A DNA stretch of 64,000 bases from Eledone cirrhosa (lineage: Eukaryota). A program made the translations under genes and the position numbers. Positions within the stretch are counted from its first letter, which is position 1. Each line of letters starts with the position of its first letter. This document shows positions 39,490-51,400 of the stretch, piece by piece. Under the pieces are notes generated by a model that saw only the letters and a list, made by a program, of their open reading frames with translations, ran no database searches and was not told where the DNA came from. Location of the stretch: contig OZ024757.1 in NCBI GenBank assembly GCA_964016885.1, forward strand, positions 9,982,001 through 10,046,000. The letters are read 5' to 3'.

Positions 39490-42400
39490 AAGTTAAGTTG
39501 GGGTTAAGGTAAGTTGGGGTTAAGTTAAGTTGGGGTTAAGTTAAGTTGGGGTTACGTTAAGTTGGGGTTAAGTTAAGTTGGGGTTAAGTTAAGTTGGGAT
39601 TAAGTCAAGTTGGTGTTAAGTCAAGTTGGGGTTAAGTCAAGTTCGGGTTAAGTCAAGTTGGGGTTAAGTCAAGTTTGGGTTAAGTTAAGTTGGGGTTAAG
39701 TTAAGTGGGGGTTAAGTTAACTTGGGGTTAAGTTAAGTTGGGGCTAATTTAAGTTGGTGTTAATTTAAGTTGGGGTTAAGTTAAGTTGGGGTTAAGTTAA
39801 GTTGGGGTTAAATTAAGCTGGGGTTAACTTAAGTAGGGGTTAAGTTAAGTTGGGTTAAGTTGGGATTAACTTAAGTTTGGGTTAAGTTAAGTTGGGGTTA
39901 AGTTAAGTTCGGATTGAGTCAAGTGTGGGGTTAAGTCAAGTTGGGGTTAAGTCAAGTTGGCTTTAAGTTAAGTTGGGGTTAAGTTAAGTTGGGGTTAAGT
40001 TAAGTTGGTGTTAAGTTAAGTTGGGGTTAAGTTAAGTTGGGGTTAAGTTAATATGGGGTTAAGTTAAGTTGGGGTTAAGTTAAGTTGGGGTTAAGTCAAG
40101 TTGGGGTTAAGTCAAGTTGGGGTTAAGTTAAGTTGGGGTTAAGTTAAGTTGGGGTTAAGTTAAGTTGGGGGTAAGTTAATTAAGTCGGGGGTAATTTAAG
40201 TTGGGGGTAAGTTAAGCTGGGGTTAAGTTAAATTGGGGTTAAGTTAAGTTGGGGTTAAGTTAAGTAGGGGTTAAGTTAAGTTGGGGTTAAGTTGGGGTTA
40301 AGTTAAGTTGGGGTTAAGTTAATTTGGGGTTAAGTTAAGTTGGGGTTAAGTTAAGTTGGGGTTAAGTTAAGTTGGGGGTAAGTTAAGTTAGGGGTAAGTT
40401 AAGTTGGGGTTAAGTTAAGTTGGGGTTAAGTTAAGTTGGGGATAAGTTAAGTTGGGGTTAATTTAAGTTGGGGTTAAGTTAAGTTGGGGTTAAGGTAAGT
40501 TGGGGTTAAGTTAAGTTGGGGTTAAGTTAAGTTGGGGTTACGTTAAGTTGGGGTTAAGTTAAGTTGGGGTTAAGTTAAGTTGGGATTAAGTCAAGTTGGG
40601 GTTAAGTCAAGTTGGGGTTAAGTCAAGTTGGGGTTAAGTCAAGTTTGGGTTAAGTTAAGTTGGGGTTAAGTTAAGTTGGGGTTAAGTTAAGTTGGGGTAA
40701 GTTAAGTTGGAATTAAGTCAAGTTGGGGTTAAATCAAGTTGGGGTTAAGTCGAGTTGGGTTTAAGTTAAGTTGGGGTTCAGTTAAGTTGGGGCTAAGTTA
40801 AGTTGGGGTTAAGTTGGGGTTAAGTTAAGTTGGGGTTAAATCAAGTTGGGGTTAATTCAAGTTGGGGTTAAGTCAAGTTGGGGTTAAGTCAAGTTGGGAT
40901 TAAGTCAAGTTGAGGTTAATTCAAGTTGGGGTTAAGTTAAGTTGGGGTTAAGTTAAGTTGGGGTTAAGTTAAGTTGGGGTTAAGTTAAGTTGGGGTTAAG
41001 TTAAGTAGGGGTTAAGTTAAGTTGGGGTTAAGTTAAGTTGGGGTTAAGTTAAGTTGGGGATAAGTTAAGTTGGGGTTAATTTAAGTTGGGGTTAAGTTAT
41101 GTTGGGGTTAAGGTAAGTTGGGGTTAAGTTAAGTTGGCGTTAAGTTAAGTTGGGGTTACGTTAAGTTGGGGTTAAGTTAAGTTGGGGTTAAGTTAAGTTG
41201 GGATTAAGTCAAGTTGGGGTTAATTCAAGTTGGGGTTAAGTCAAGTTGGGGTTAAGTCAAGTTTGGGTTAAGTTAAGTTGGGGTTAAGTTAAGTTGGGGT
41301 TAAGTTAATTTAGGGGTAATTTAAGTTGGGGTTAAGTTAAGTTGGGGTTAAGGTAAGTTGGGGTTAAGTTAAGTTGGGGTTAAGTTAAGTTGGGGGTAAG
41401 TTAAGTTAGGGGTAAGTCAAGTTGGGGTTAAATCAAGTTGTGTTTAAGTTAAGTTGGGGTTCAGTTAAGTTGGGGCTAAGTTAAGTTGGGGTTAAGTTGG
41501 GGTTACGTTAAGTTGGGGTTAAGTTAAGTTGGGGTTAAGTTAAGTTGGGGGTAAGTTAAGTTAGGGGTAATTTAAGTTGGGGTTAAGTTAAGTTGGGGTT
41601 AAGGTAAGTTGGGGTTAAGTTAAGTTGGGGTTAAGTTAAGTTGGGGGTAAGTTAAGTTAGGGGTAAGTTAAGTTGGGGTTAAGTTAAGTTGGGGTTAAGT
41701 TAAGTTGGGGATAAGTTAAGTTGGGGTTAATTTAAGTTGGGGTTAAGTTATGTTGGGGTTAAGGTAAGTTGGGGTTAAGTTAAGTTGGGGTTAAGTTAAG
41801 TTGGGGTTACCTTAAGTTGGGGTTAAGTTAAGTTGGGGTTAAGTTAAGTTGGGATTAAGTCAAGTTGGGGTTAAGTCAAGTTGGGGTTAAGTCAAGTTGG
41901 GGTTAAGTCAAGTTTGGGTTAAGTTAAGTTGGGGTTAAGTTAAGTTGGGGTTAAGTTAAGTTGGGATTGAGTCAAGTTGGGGTTAAGTTAAGTTGGGGTT
42001 AAGTCAAGTTGGGGTTAAATCAAGTTGGGTTTAAGTTAAGTTGGGGTTCAGTTAAGTTGGGGCTAAGTTAAGTTGGGGTTAAGTTGGGGTTAAGTTAAGT
42101 TGGGGTTAAGTTAAGTTGGGGTTAAGTTAAGTTGGGGGTAAGTTAAGTTAGGGGTAATTTAAGTTGGGGTTAAGTTAAGTTGGGGTTAAGGTAAGTTGGG
42201 GTTAAGTTAAGTTGGGGTTAAGTTAAGTTGGGGTTAAGTTAAGTTGGGTTTAAGTTAAGTTGGGATTAAGTCAAGTTGGGGTTAAGTCAAGTTGGGGTTA
42301 AGTCAAGTTGGGGTTAATTCAAGTTGGGGTTAAGTCAAGTTGGGATTAAGTCAAGTTGGGGTTAAGTCAAGTTGGGATTAAGTTAAGTTGGGGTTAAGTT

Positions 42401-45400
42401 AAGTTGGGGTTAAGTTAAGTTGGGTTTAAATTAAGTTGGGGTTAAGTTAAGTAGGGGTTAAGTTAAGTTGGGGTTAAGTTGGGTTTAAGTTAAGTTGGGG
42501 TTAAGTTAAGTTGGGTTAAGTTAAGTTGGGGTTAATTAAGTTGGGGGTAAGTTAAGTTAGGGGTAAGTTAAGTTGGGGTTAATTTAAGTTGGGGTTAAGT
42601 TAAGTTGGGGATAAGTTAAGTTGGGGTTAATTTAAGTTGGGGTTAAGTTATGTTGGGGTTCAGGTAAGTTGGGGTTAAGTTAAGTTGGGGTTAAGTTAAG
42701 TTGGGGTTACGTTAAGTTGGGGTTAAGTTAAGTTGGGGTTAAGTTAAGTTGGGATTAAGTCAAGTTGGGGTTAATCAAGTTGGGGTTAAGTCAAGTTGGG
42801 GTTAAGTCAAGTTTGGGTTAAGTTAAGTTGGGGTTAAGTTAAGTTGGGGTTAAGTTAATGTAGGGGTAATTTAAGTTGGGGTTAGGTTAAGTTGGGGTTA
42901 AGGTAAGTTGGGGTTAAGTTAAGTTGGGGTTAAGTTAAGTTGGGGGTAAGTTAAGTTAGGGGTAAGTCAAGTTGGGGTTAAATCAAGTTGGGTTTAAGTT
43001 AAGTTGGGGTTCAGTTAAGTTGGGGCTAAGTTAAGTTGGGGTTAAGTTGGGGTTAAGTTAAGTTGGGGTTAAGTTAAGTTGGGGTTAAGGTAAGTTGGGG
43101 TTAAGTTAAGTTGGGGTTAAGTTAAGTTGGGGGTAAGTTAAGTTGGGATTAAGTCAAGTTGGGGTTAAGTCAAGTTGGGGTTAAGTCAAGTTGGGGTTAA
43201 TTCAAGTTGGGGTTAAGTCAAGTTGGGATTAAGTCAAGTTGGGGTTAAGGTAAGTTGGGGTTAAGTTAAGTTGGGGTTAAGTTAAGTTGGGGTTACGTTA
43301 AGTTGGGGTTAAGTTAAGTTGGGGTTAAGTTAAGTTGGGATTAAGTCAAGTTGGTGTTAAGTCAAGTTGGGGTTAAGTCAAGTTCGGGTTAAGTCAAGTT
43401 GGGGTTAAGTCAAGTTTGGGTTAAGTTAAGTTGGGGTTAAGTTAAGTGGGGGTTAAGTTAACTTGGGGTTAAGTTAAGTTGGGGCTAATTTAAGTTGGTG
43501 TTAATTTAAGTTGGGGTTAAGTTAAGTTGGGGTTAAGTTAAGTTGGGGTTAAATTAAGCTGGGGTTAACTTAAGTAGGGGTTAAGTTAAGTTGGGTTAAG
43601 TTGGGATTAACTTAAGTTTGGGTTAAGTTAAGTTGGGGTTAAGTTAAGTTCGGATTGAGTCAAGTGTGGGGTTAAGTCAAGTTGGGGTTAAGTCAAGTTG
43701 GGTTTAAGTTAAGTTGGGGTTAAGTTAAGTTGGGGTTAAGTTAAGTTGGTGTTAAGTTAAGTTGGGGTTAAGTTAAGTTGGGGTTAAGTTAATATGGGGT
43801 TAAGTTAAGTTGGGGTTAAGTTAAGTTGGGGTTAAGTCAAGTTGGGGTTAAGTCAAGTTGGGGTTAAGTTAAGTTGGGGTTAAGTTAAGTTGGGGTTAAG
43901 TTAAGTTGGGGGTAAGTTAATTAAGTCGGGGGTAATTTAAGTTGGGGGTAAGTTAAGCTGGGGTTAAGTTAAATTGGGGTTAAGTTAAGTTGGGGTTAAG
44001 TTAAGTAGGGGTTAAGTTAAGTTGGGGTTAAGTTGGGGTTAAGTTAAGTTGGGGTTAAGTTAATTTGGGGTTAAGTTAAGTTGGGGTTAAGTTAAGTTGG
44101 GGTTAAGTTAAGTTGGGGGTAAGTTAAGTTAGGGGTAAGTTAAGTTGGGGTTAAGTTAAGTTGGGGTTAAGTTAAGTTGGGGATAAGTTAAGTTGGGGTT
44201 AATTTAAGTTGGGGTTAAGTTAAGTTGGGGTTAAGGTAAGTTGGGGTTAAGTTAAGTTGGGGTTAAGTTAAGTTGGGGTTACGTTAAGTTGGGGTTAAGT
44301 TAAGTTGGGGTTAAGTTAAGTTGGGATTAAGTCAAGTTGGGGTTAAGTCAAGTTGGGGTTAAGTCAAGTTGGGGTTAAGTCAAGTTTGGGTTAAGTTAAG
44401 TTGGGGTTAAGTTAAGTTGGGGTTAAGTTAAGTTGGGGTAAGTTAAGTTGGAATTAAGTCAAGTTGGGGTTAAATCAAGTTGGGGTTAAGTCGAGTTGGG
44501 TTTAAGTTAAGTTGGGGTTCAGTTAAGTTGGGGCTAAGTTAAGTTGGGGTTAAGTTGGGGTTAAGTTAAGTTGGGGTTAAATCAAGTTGGGGTTAATTCA
44601 AGTTGGGGTTAAGTCAAGTTGGGGTTAAGTCAAGTTGGGATTAAGTCAAGTTGAGGTTAAGTCAAGTTGGGGTTAAGTTAAGTTGGGGTTAAGTTAAGTT
44701 GGGGTTAAGTTAAGTTGGGGATAAGTTAAGTTGGGGTTAATTTAAGTTGGGGTTAAGTTATGTTGGGGTTAAGGTAAGTTGGGGTTAAGTTAAGTTGGGG
44801 TTAAGTTAAGTTGGGGTTACGTTAAGTTGGGATTAAGTTAAGTTGGGGTTAAGTTAAGTTGGGATTAAGTCAAGTTGGGGTTAATTCAAGTTGGGGTTAA
44901 GTCAAGTTGGGGTTAAGTCAAGTTTGGGTTAAGTTAAGTTGGGGTTAAGTTAAGTTGGGGTTAAGTTAATTTAGGGGTAATTTAAGTTGGGGTTAAGTTA
45001 AGTTGGGGTTAAGGTAAGTTGGGGTTAAGTTAAGTTGGGGTTAAGTTAAGTTGGGGGTAAGTTAAGTTAGGGGTAAGTCAAGTTGGGGTTAAATCAAGTT
45101 GTGTTTAAGTTAAGTTGGGGTTCAGTTAAGTTGGGGCTAAGTTAAGTTGGGGTTAAGTTGGGGTTACGTTAAGTTGGGGTTAAGTTAAGTTGGGGTTAAG
45201 TTAAGTTGGGGGTAAGTTAAGTTAGGGGTAATTTAAGTTGGGGTTAAGTTAAGTTGGGGTTAAGGTAAGTTGGGGTTAAGTTAAGTTGGGGTTAAGTTAA
45301 GTTGGGGGTAAGTTAAGTTAGGGGTAAGTTAAGTTGGGGTTAAGTTAAGTTGGGGTTAAGTTAAGTTGGGGATAAGTTAAGTTGGGGTTAATTTAAGTTG

Positions 45401-48400
45401 GGGTTAAGTTATGTTGGGGTTAAGGTAAGTTGGGGTTAAGTTAAGTTGGGGTTAAGTTAAGTTGGGGTTACCTTAAGTTGGGGTTAAGTTAAGTTGGGGT
45501 TAAGTTAAGTTGGGATTAAGTCAAGTTGGGGTTAAGTCAAGTTGGGGTTAAGTCAAGTTGGGGTTAAGTCAAGTTTGGGTTAAGTTAAGTTGGGGTTAAG
45601 TTAAGTTGGGGTTAAGTTAAGTTGGGATTGAGTCAAGTTGGGGTTAAGTTAAGTTGGGGTTAAGTCAAGTTGGGGTTAAATCAAGTTGGGTTTAAGTTAA
45701 GTTGGGGTTCAGTTAAGTTGGGGCTAAGTTAAGTTGGGGTTAAGTTGGGGTTAAGTTAAGTTGGGGTTATTTAAGTTGGGGTTAAGTTAAGTTGGGGGTA
45801 AGTTAAGTTAGGGGTAATTTAAGTTGGGGTTAAGTTAAGTTGGGGTTAAGGTAAGTTGGGGTTAAGTTAAGTTGGGGTTAAGTTAAGTTGGGGTTAAGTT
45901 AAGTTGGGTTTAAGTTAAGTTGGGATTAAGTCAAGTTGGGGTTAAGTCAAGTTGGGGTTAAGTCAAGTTGGGGTTAATTCAAGTTGGGGTTAAGTCAAGT
46001 TGGGATTAAGTCAAGTTGGGGTTAAGTCAAGTTGGGGTTAAGTTAAGTTGGGGTTAAGTTAAGTTGGGGTTAAGTTAAGTTGGGTTTAAATTAAGTTGGG
46101 GTTAAGTTAAGTAGGGGTTAAGTTAAGTTGGGGTTAAGTTGGGTTTAAGTTAAGTTGGGGTTAAGTTAAGTTGGGTTAAGTTAAGTTGGGGTTAATTAAG
46201 TTGGGGGTAAGTTAAGTTAGGGGTAAGTTAAGTTGGGGTTAATTTAAGTTGGGGTTAAGTTAAGTTGGGGATAAGTTAAGTTGGGGTTAATTTAAGTTGG
46301 GGTTAAGTTATGTTGGGGTTCAGGTAAGTTGGGGTTAAGTTAAGTTGGGGTTAAGTTAAGTTGGGGTTACGTTAAGTTGGGGTTAAGTTAAGTTGGGGTT
46401 AAGTTAAGTTGGGATTAAGTCAAGTTGGGGTTAATCAAGTTGGGGTTAAGTCAAGTTGGGGTTAAGTCAAGTTTGGGTTAAGTTAAGTTGGGGTTAAGTT
46501 AAGTTGGGGTTAAGTTAATGTAGGGGTAATTTAAGTTGGGGTTAGGTTAAGTTGGGGTTAAGGTAAGTTGGGGTTAAGTTAAGTTGGGGTTAAGTTAAGT
46601 TGGGGGTAAGTTAAGTTAGGGGTAAGTCAAGTTGGGGTTAAATCAAGTTGGGTTTAAGTTAAGTTGGGGTTCAGTTAAGTTGGGGCTAAGTTAAGTTGGG
46701 GTTAAGTTGGGGTTAAGTTAAGTTGGGGTTAAGTTAAGTTGGGGTTAAGGTAAGTTGGGGTTAAGTTAAGTTGGGGTTAAGTTAAGTTGGGGGTAAGTTA
46801 AGTTGGGATTAAGTCAAGTTGGGGTTAAGTCAAGTTGGGGTTAAGTCAAGTTGGGGTTAATTCAAGTTGGGGTTAAGTCAAGTTGGGATTAAGTCAAGTT
46901 GGGGTTAAGGTAAGTTGGGGTTAAGTTAAGTTGGGGTTAAGTTAAGTTGGGGTTACGTTAAGTTGGGGTTAAGTTAAGTTGGGGTTAAGTTAAGTTGGGA
47001 TTAAGTCAAGTTGGTGTTAAGTCAAGTTGGGGTTAAGTCAAGTTCGGGTTAAGTCAAGTTGGGGTTAAGTCAAGTTTGGGTTAAGTTAAGTTGGGGTTAA
47101 GTTAAGTGGGGGTTAAGTTAACTTGGGGTTAAGTTAAGTTGGGGCTAATTTAAGTTGGTGTTAATTTAAGTTGGGGTTAAGTTAAGTTGGGGTTAAGTTA
47201 AGTTGGGGTTAAATTAAGCTGGGGTTAACTTAAGTAGGGGTTAAGTTAAGTTGGGTTAAGTTGGGATTAACTTAAGTTTGGGTTAAGTTAAGTTGGGGTT
47301 AAGTTAAGTTCGGATTGAGTCAAGTGTGGGGTTAAGTCAAGTTGGGGTTAAGTCAAGTTGGGTTTAAGTTAAGTTGGGGTTAAGTTAAGTTGGGGTTAAG
47401 TTAAGTTGGTGTTAAGTTAAGTTGGGGTTAAGTTAAGTTGGGGTTAAGTTAATATGGGGTTAAGTTAAGTTGGGGTTAAGTTAAGTTGGGGTTAAGTCAA
47501 GTTGGGGTTAAGTCAAGTTGGGGTTAAGTTAAGTTGGGGTTAAGTTAAGTTGGGGTTAAGTTAAGTTGGGGGTAAGTTAATTAAGTCGGGGGTAATTTAA
47601 GTTGGGGGTAAGTTAAGCTGGGGTTAAGTTAAATTGGGGTTAAGTTAAGTTGGGGTTAAGTTAAGTAGGGGTTAAGTTAAGTTGGGGTTAAGTTGGGGTT
47701 AAGTTAAGTTGGGGTTAAGTTAATTTGGGGTTAAGTTAAGTTGGGGTTAAGTTAAGTTGGGGTTAAGTTAAGTTGGGGGTAAGTTAAGTTAGGGGTAAGT
47801 TAAGTTGGGGTTAAGTTAAGTTGGGGTTAAGTTAAGTTGGGGATAAGTTAAGTTGGGGTTAATTTAAGTTGGGGTTAAGTTAAGTTGGGGTTAAGGTAAG
47901 TTGGGGTTAAGTTAAGTTGGGGTTAAGTTAAGTTGGGGTTACGTTAAGTTGGGGTTAAGTTAAGTTGGGGTTAAGTTAAGTTGGGATTAAGTCAAGTTGG
48001 GGTTAAGTCAAGTTGGGGTTAAGTCAAGTTGGGGTTAAGTCAAGTTTGGGTTAAGTTAAGTTGGGGTTAAGTTAAGTTGGGGTTAAGTTAAGTTGGGGTA
48101 AGTTAAGTTGGAATTAAGTCAAGTTGGGGTTAAATCAAGTTGGGGTTAAGTCGAGTTGGGTTTAAGTTAAGTTGGGGTTCAGTTAAGTTGGGGCTAAGTT
48201 AAGTTGGGGTTAAGTTGGGGTTAAGTTAAGTTGGGGTTAAATCAAGTTGGGGTTAATTCAAGTTGGGGTTAAGTCAAGTTGGGGTTAAGTCAAGTTGGGA
48301 TTAAGTCAAGTTGAGGTTAAGTCAAGTTGGGGTTAAGTTAAGTTGGGGTTAAGTTAAGTTGGGGTTAAGTTAAGTTGGGGTTAAGTTAAGTTGGGGTTAA

Positions 48401-51400
48401 GTTAAGTAGGGGTTAAGTTAAGTTGGGGTTAAGTTAAGTTGGGGTTAAGTTAAGTTGGGGATAAGTTAAGTTGGGGTTAATTTAAGTTGGGGTTAAGTTA
48501 TGTTGGGGTTAAGGTAAGTTGGGGTTAAGTTAAGTTGGGGTTAAGTTAAGTTGGGGTTACGTTAAGTTGGGATTAAGTTAAGTTGGGGTTAAGTTAAGTT
48601 GGGATTAAGTCAAGTTGGGGTTAATTCAAGTTGGGGTTAAGTCAAGTTGGGGTTAAGTCAAGTTTGGGTTAAGTTAAGTTGGGGTTAAGTTAAGTTGGGG
48701 TTAAGTTAATTTAGGGGTAATTTAAGTTGGGGTTAAGTTAAGTTGGGGTTAAGGTAAGTTGGGGTTAAGTTAAGTTGGGGTTAAGTTAAGTTGGGGGTAA
48801 GTTAAGTTAGGGGTAAGTCAAGTTGGGGTTAAATCAAGTTGTGTTTAAGTTAAGTTGGGGTTCAGTTAAGTTGGGGCTAAGTTAAGTTGGGGTTAAGTTG
48901 GGGTTACGTTAAGTTGGGGTTAAGTTAAGTTGGGGTTAAGTTAAGTTGGGGGTAAGTTAAGTTAGGGGTAATTTAAGTTGGGGTTAAGTTAAGTTGGGGT
49001 TAAGGTAAGTTGGGGTTAAGTTAAGTTGGGGTTAAGTTAAGTTGGGGGTAAGTTAAGTTAGGGGTAAGTTAAGTTGGGGTTAAGTTAAGTTGGGGTTAAG
49101 TTAAGTTGGGGATAAGTTAAGTTGGGGTTAATTTAAGTTGGGGTTAAGTTATGTTGGGGTTAAGGTAAGTTGGGGTTAAGTTAAGTTGGGGTTAAGTTAA
49201 GTTGGGGTTACCTTAAGTTGGGGTTAAGTTAAGTTGGGGTTAAGTTAAGTTGGGATTAAGTCAAGTTGGGGTTAAGTCAAGTTGGGGTTAAGTCAAGTTG
49301 GGGTTAAGTCAAGTTTGGGTTAAGTTAAGTTGGGGTTAAGTTAAGTTGGGGTTAAGTTAAGTTGGGATTGAGTCAAGTTGGGGTTAAGTTAAGTTGGGGT
49401 TAAGTCAAGTTGGGGTTAAATCAAGTTGGGTTTAAGTTAAGTTGGGGTTCAGTTAAGTTGGGGCTAAGTTAAGTTGGGGTTAAGTTGGGGTTAAGTTAAG
49501 TTGGGGTTAAGTTAAGTTGGGGTTAAGTTAAGTTGGGGGTAAGTTAAGTTAGGGGTAATTTAAGTTGGGGTTAAGTTAAGTTGGGGTTAAGGTAAGTTGG
49601 GGTTAAGTTAAGTTGGGGTTAAGTTAAGTTGGGGTTAAGTTAAGTTGGGTTTAAGTTAAGTTGGGATTAAGTCAAGTTGGGGTTAAGTCAAGTTGGGGTT
49701 AAGTCAAGTTGGGGTTAATTCAAGTTGGGGTTAAGTCAAGTTGGGATTAAGTCAAGTTGGGGTTAAGTCAAGTTGGGGTTAAGTTAAGTTGGGGTTAAGT
49801 TAAGTTGGGGTTAAGTTAAGTTGGGTTTAAGTTAAGTTGGGGTTAAGTTAAGTAGGGGTTAAGTTAAGTTGGGGTTAAGTTGGGGTTAAGTTAAGTTGGG
49901 GTTAAGTTAAGTTGGGTTAAGTTAAGTTGGGGTTAATTAAGTTGGGGGTAAGTTAAGTTAGGGGTAAGTTAAGTTGGGGTTAATTTAAGTTGGGGTTAAG
50001 TTAAGTTGGGGATAAGTTAAGTTGGGGTTAATTTAAGTTGGGGTTAAGTTATGTTGGGGTTAAGGTAAGTTGGGGTTAAGTTAAGTTGGGGTTAAGTTAA
50101 GTTGGGGTTACGTTAAGTTGGGGTTAAGTTAAGTTGGGGTTAAGTTAAGTTGGGATTAAGTCAAGTTGGGGTTAATCAAGTTGGGGTTAAGTCAAGTTGG
50201 GGTTAAGTCAAGTTTGGGTTAAGTTAAGTTGGGGTTAAGTTAAGTTGGGGTTAAGTTAATTTAGGGGTAATTTAAGTTGGGGTTAGGTTAAGTTGGGGTT
50301 AAGGTAAGTTGGGGTTAAGTTAAGTTGGGGTTAAGTTAAGTTGGGGGTAAGTTAAGTTAGGGGTAAGTCAAGTTGGGGTTAAATCAAGTTGGGTTTAAGT
50401 TAAGTTGGGGTTCAGTTAAGTTGGGGCTAAGTTAAGTTGGGGTTAAGTTGGGGTTAAGTTAAGTTGGGGTTAAGTTAAGTTGGGGTTAAGGTAAGTTGGG
50501 GTTAAGTTAAGTTGGGGTTAAGTTAAGTTGGGGGTAAGTTAAGTTAGGGGTAAGTCAAGTTGGGGTTAAATCAAGTTGGGTTTAAGTTAAGTTGGGGTTC
50601 AGTTAAGTTGGGGCTAAGTTAAGTTGGGGTTAAGTTGGGGTTAAGTAAAGTTTGGGTTAAGTTAAGTTGGGGTTAAGTTAAGTTGGGGTTAAGTTAAGTT
50701 GGGGTTAAGTTAAGTTGGGGGTAAGTTAAGTTGGGATTAAGTCAAGTTGGGGTTAAGTCAAGTTGGGGTTAAGTCAAGTTGGGGTTAATTCAAGTTGGGG
50801 TTAAGTCAAGTTGGGATTAAGTCAAGTTGGGGTTAAGTCAAGTTGGGGTTAAGTTAAGTTGGGGTTAAGTAAAGTTGGGGTTAAGTTAAGTTGGGTTTAA
50901 GTTAAGTTGGGGTTAAGTTAAGTAGGGGTTAAGTTAAGTTGGGGTTAAGTTGGGGTTAAGTTGGGGTTAAGTTAAGTTGGGGTTAAGTTAAGTTGGGTTA
51001 AGTTAAGTTGGGGTTAATTAAGTTGGGGGTAAGTTAAGTTAGGGGTAAGTTAAGTTGGGGTTAATTTAAGTTGGGGTTAAGTTAAGTTGGGGTTAAGTTA
51101 ATATGGGGTTAAGTTAAGTTGGGGTTAAGTTAAGTTGGGGTTAAGTCAAGTTGGGGTTAAGTCAAGTTGGGGTTAAGTTAAGTTGGGGTTAAGTTAAGTT
51201 GGGGTTAAGTTAAGTTGGGGGTAAGTTAATTAAGTCGGGGGTAATTTAAGTTGGGGGTAAGTTAAGCTGGGGTTAAGTTAAATTGGGGTTAAGTTAAGTT
51301 GGGGTTAAGTTAAGTAGGGGTTAAGTTAAGTTGGGGTTAAGTTGGGGTTAAGTTAAGTTGGGGTTAAGTTAATTTGGGGTTAAGTTAAGTTGGGGTTAAG

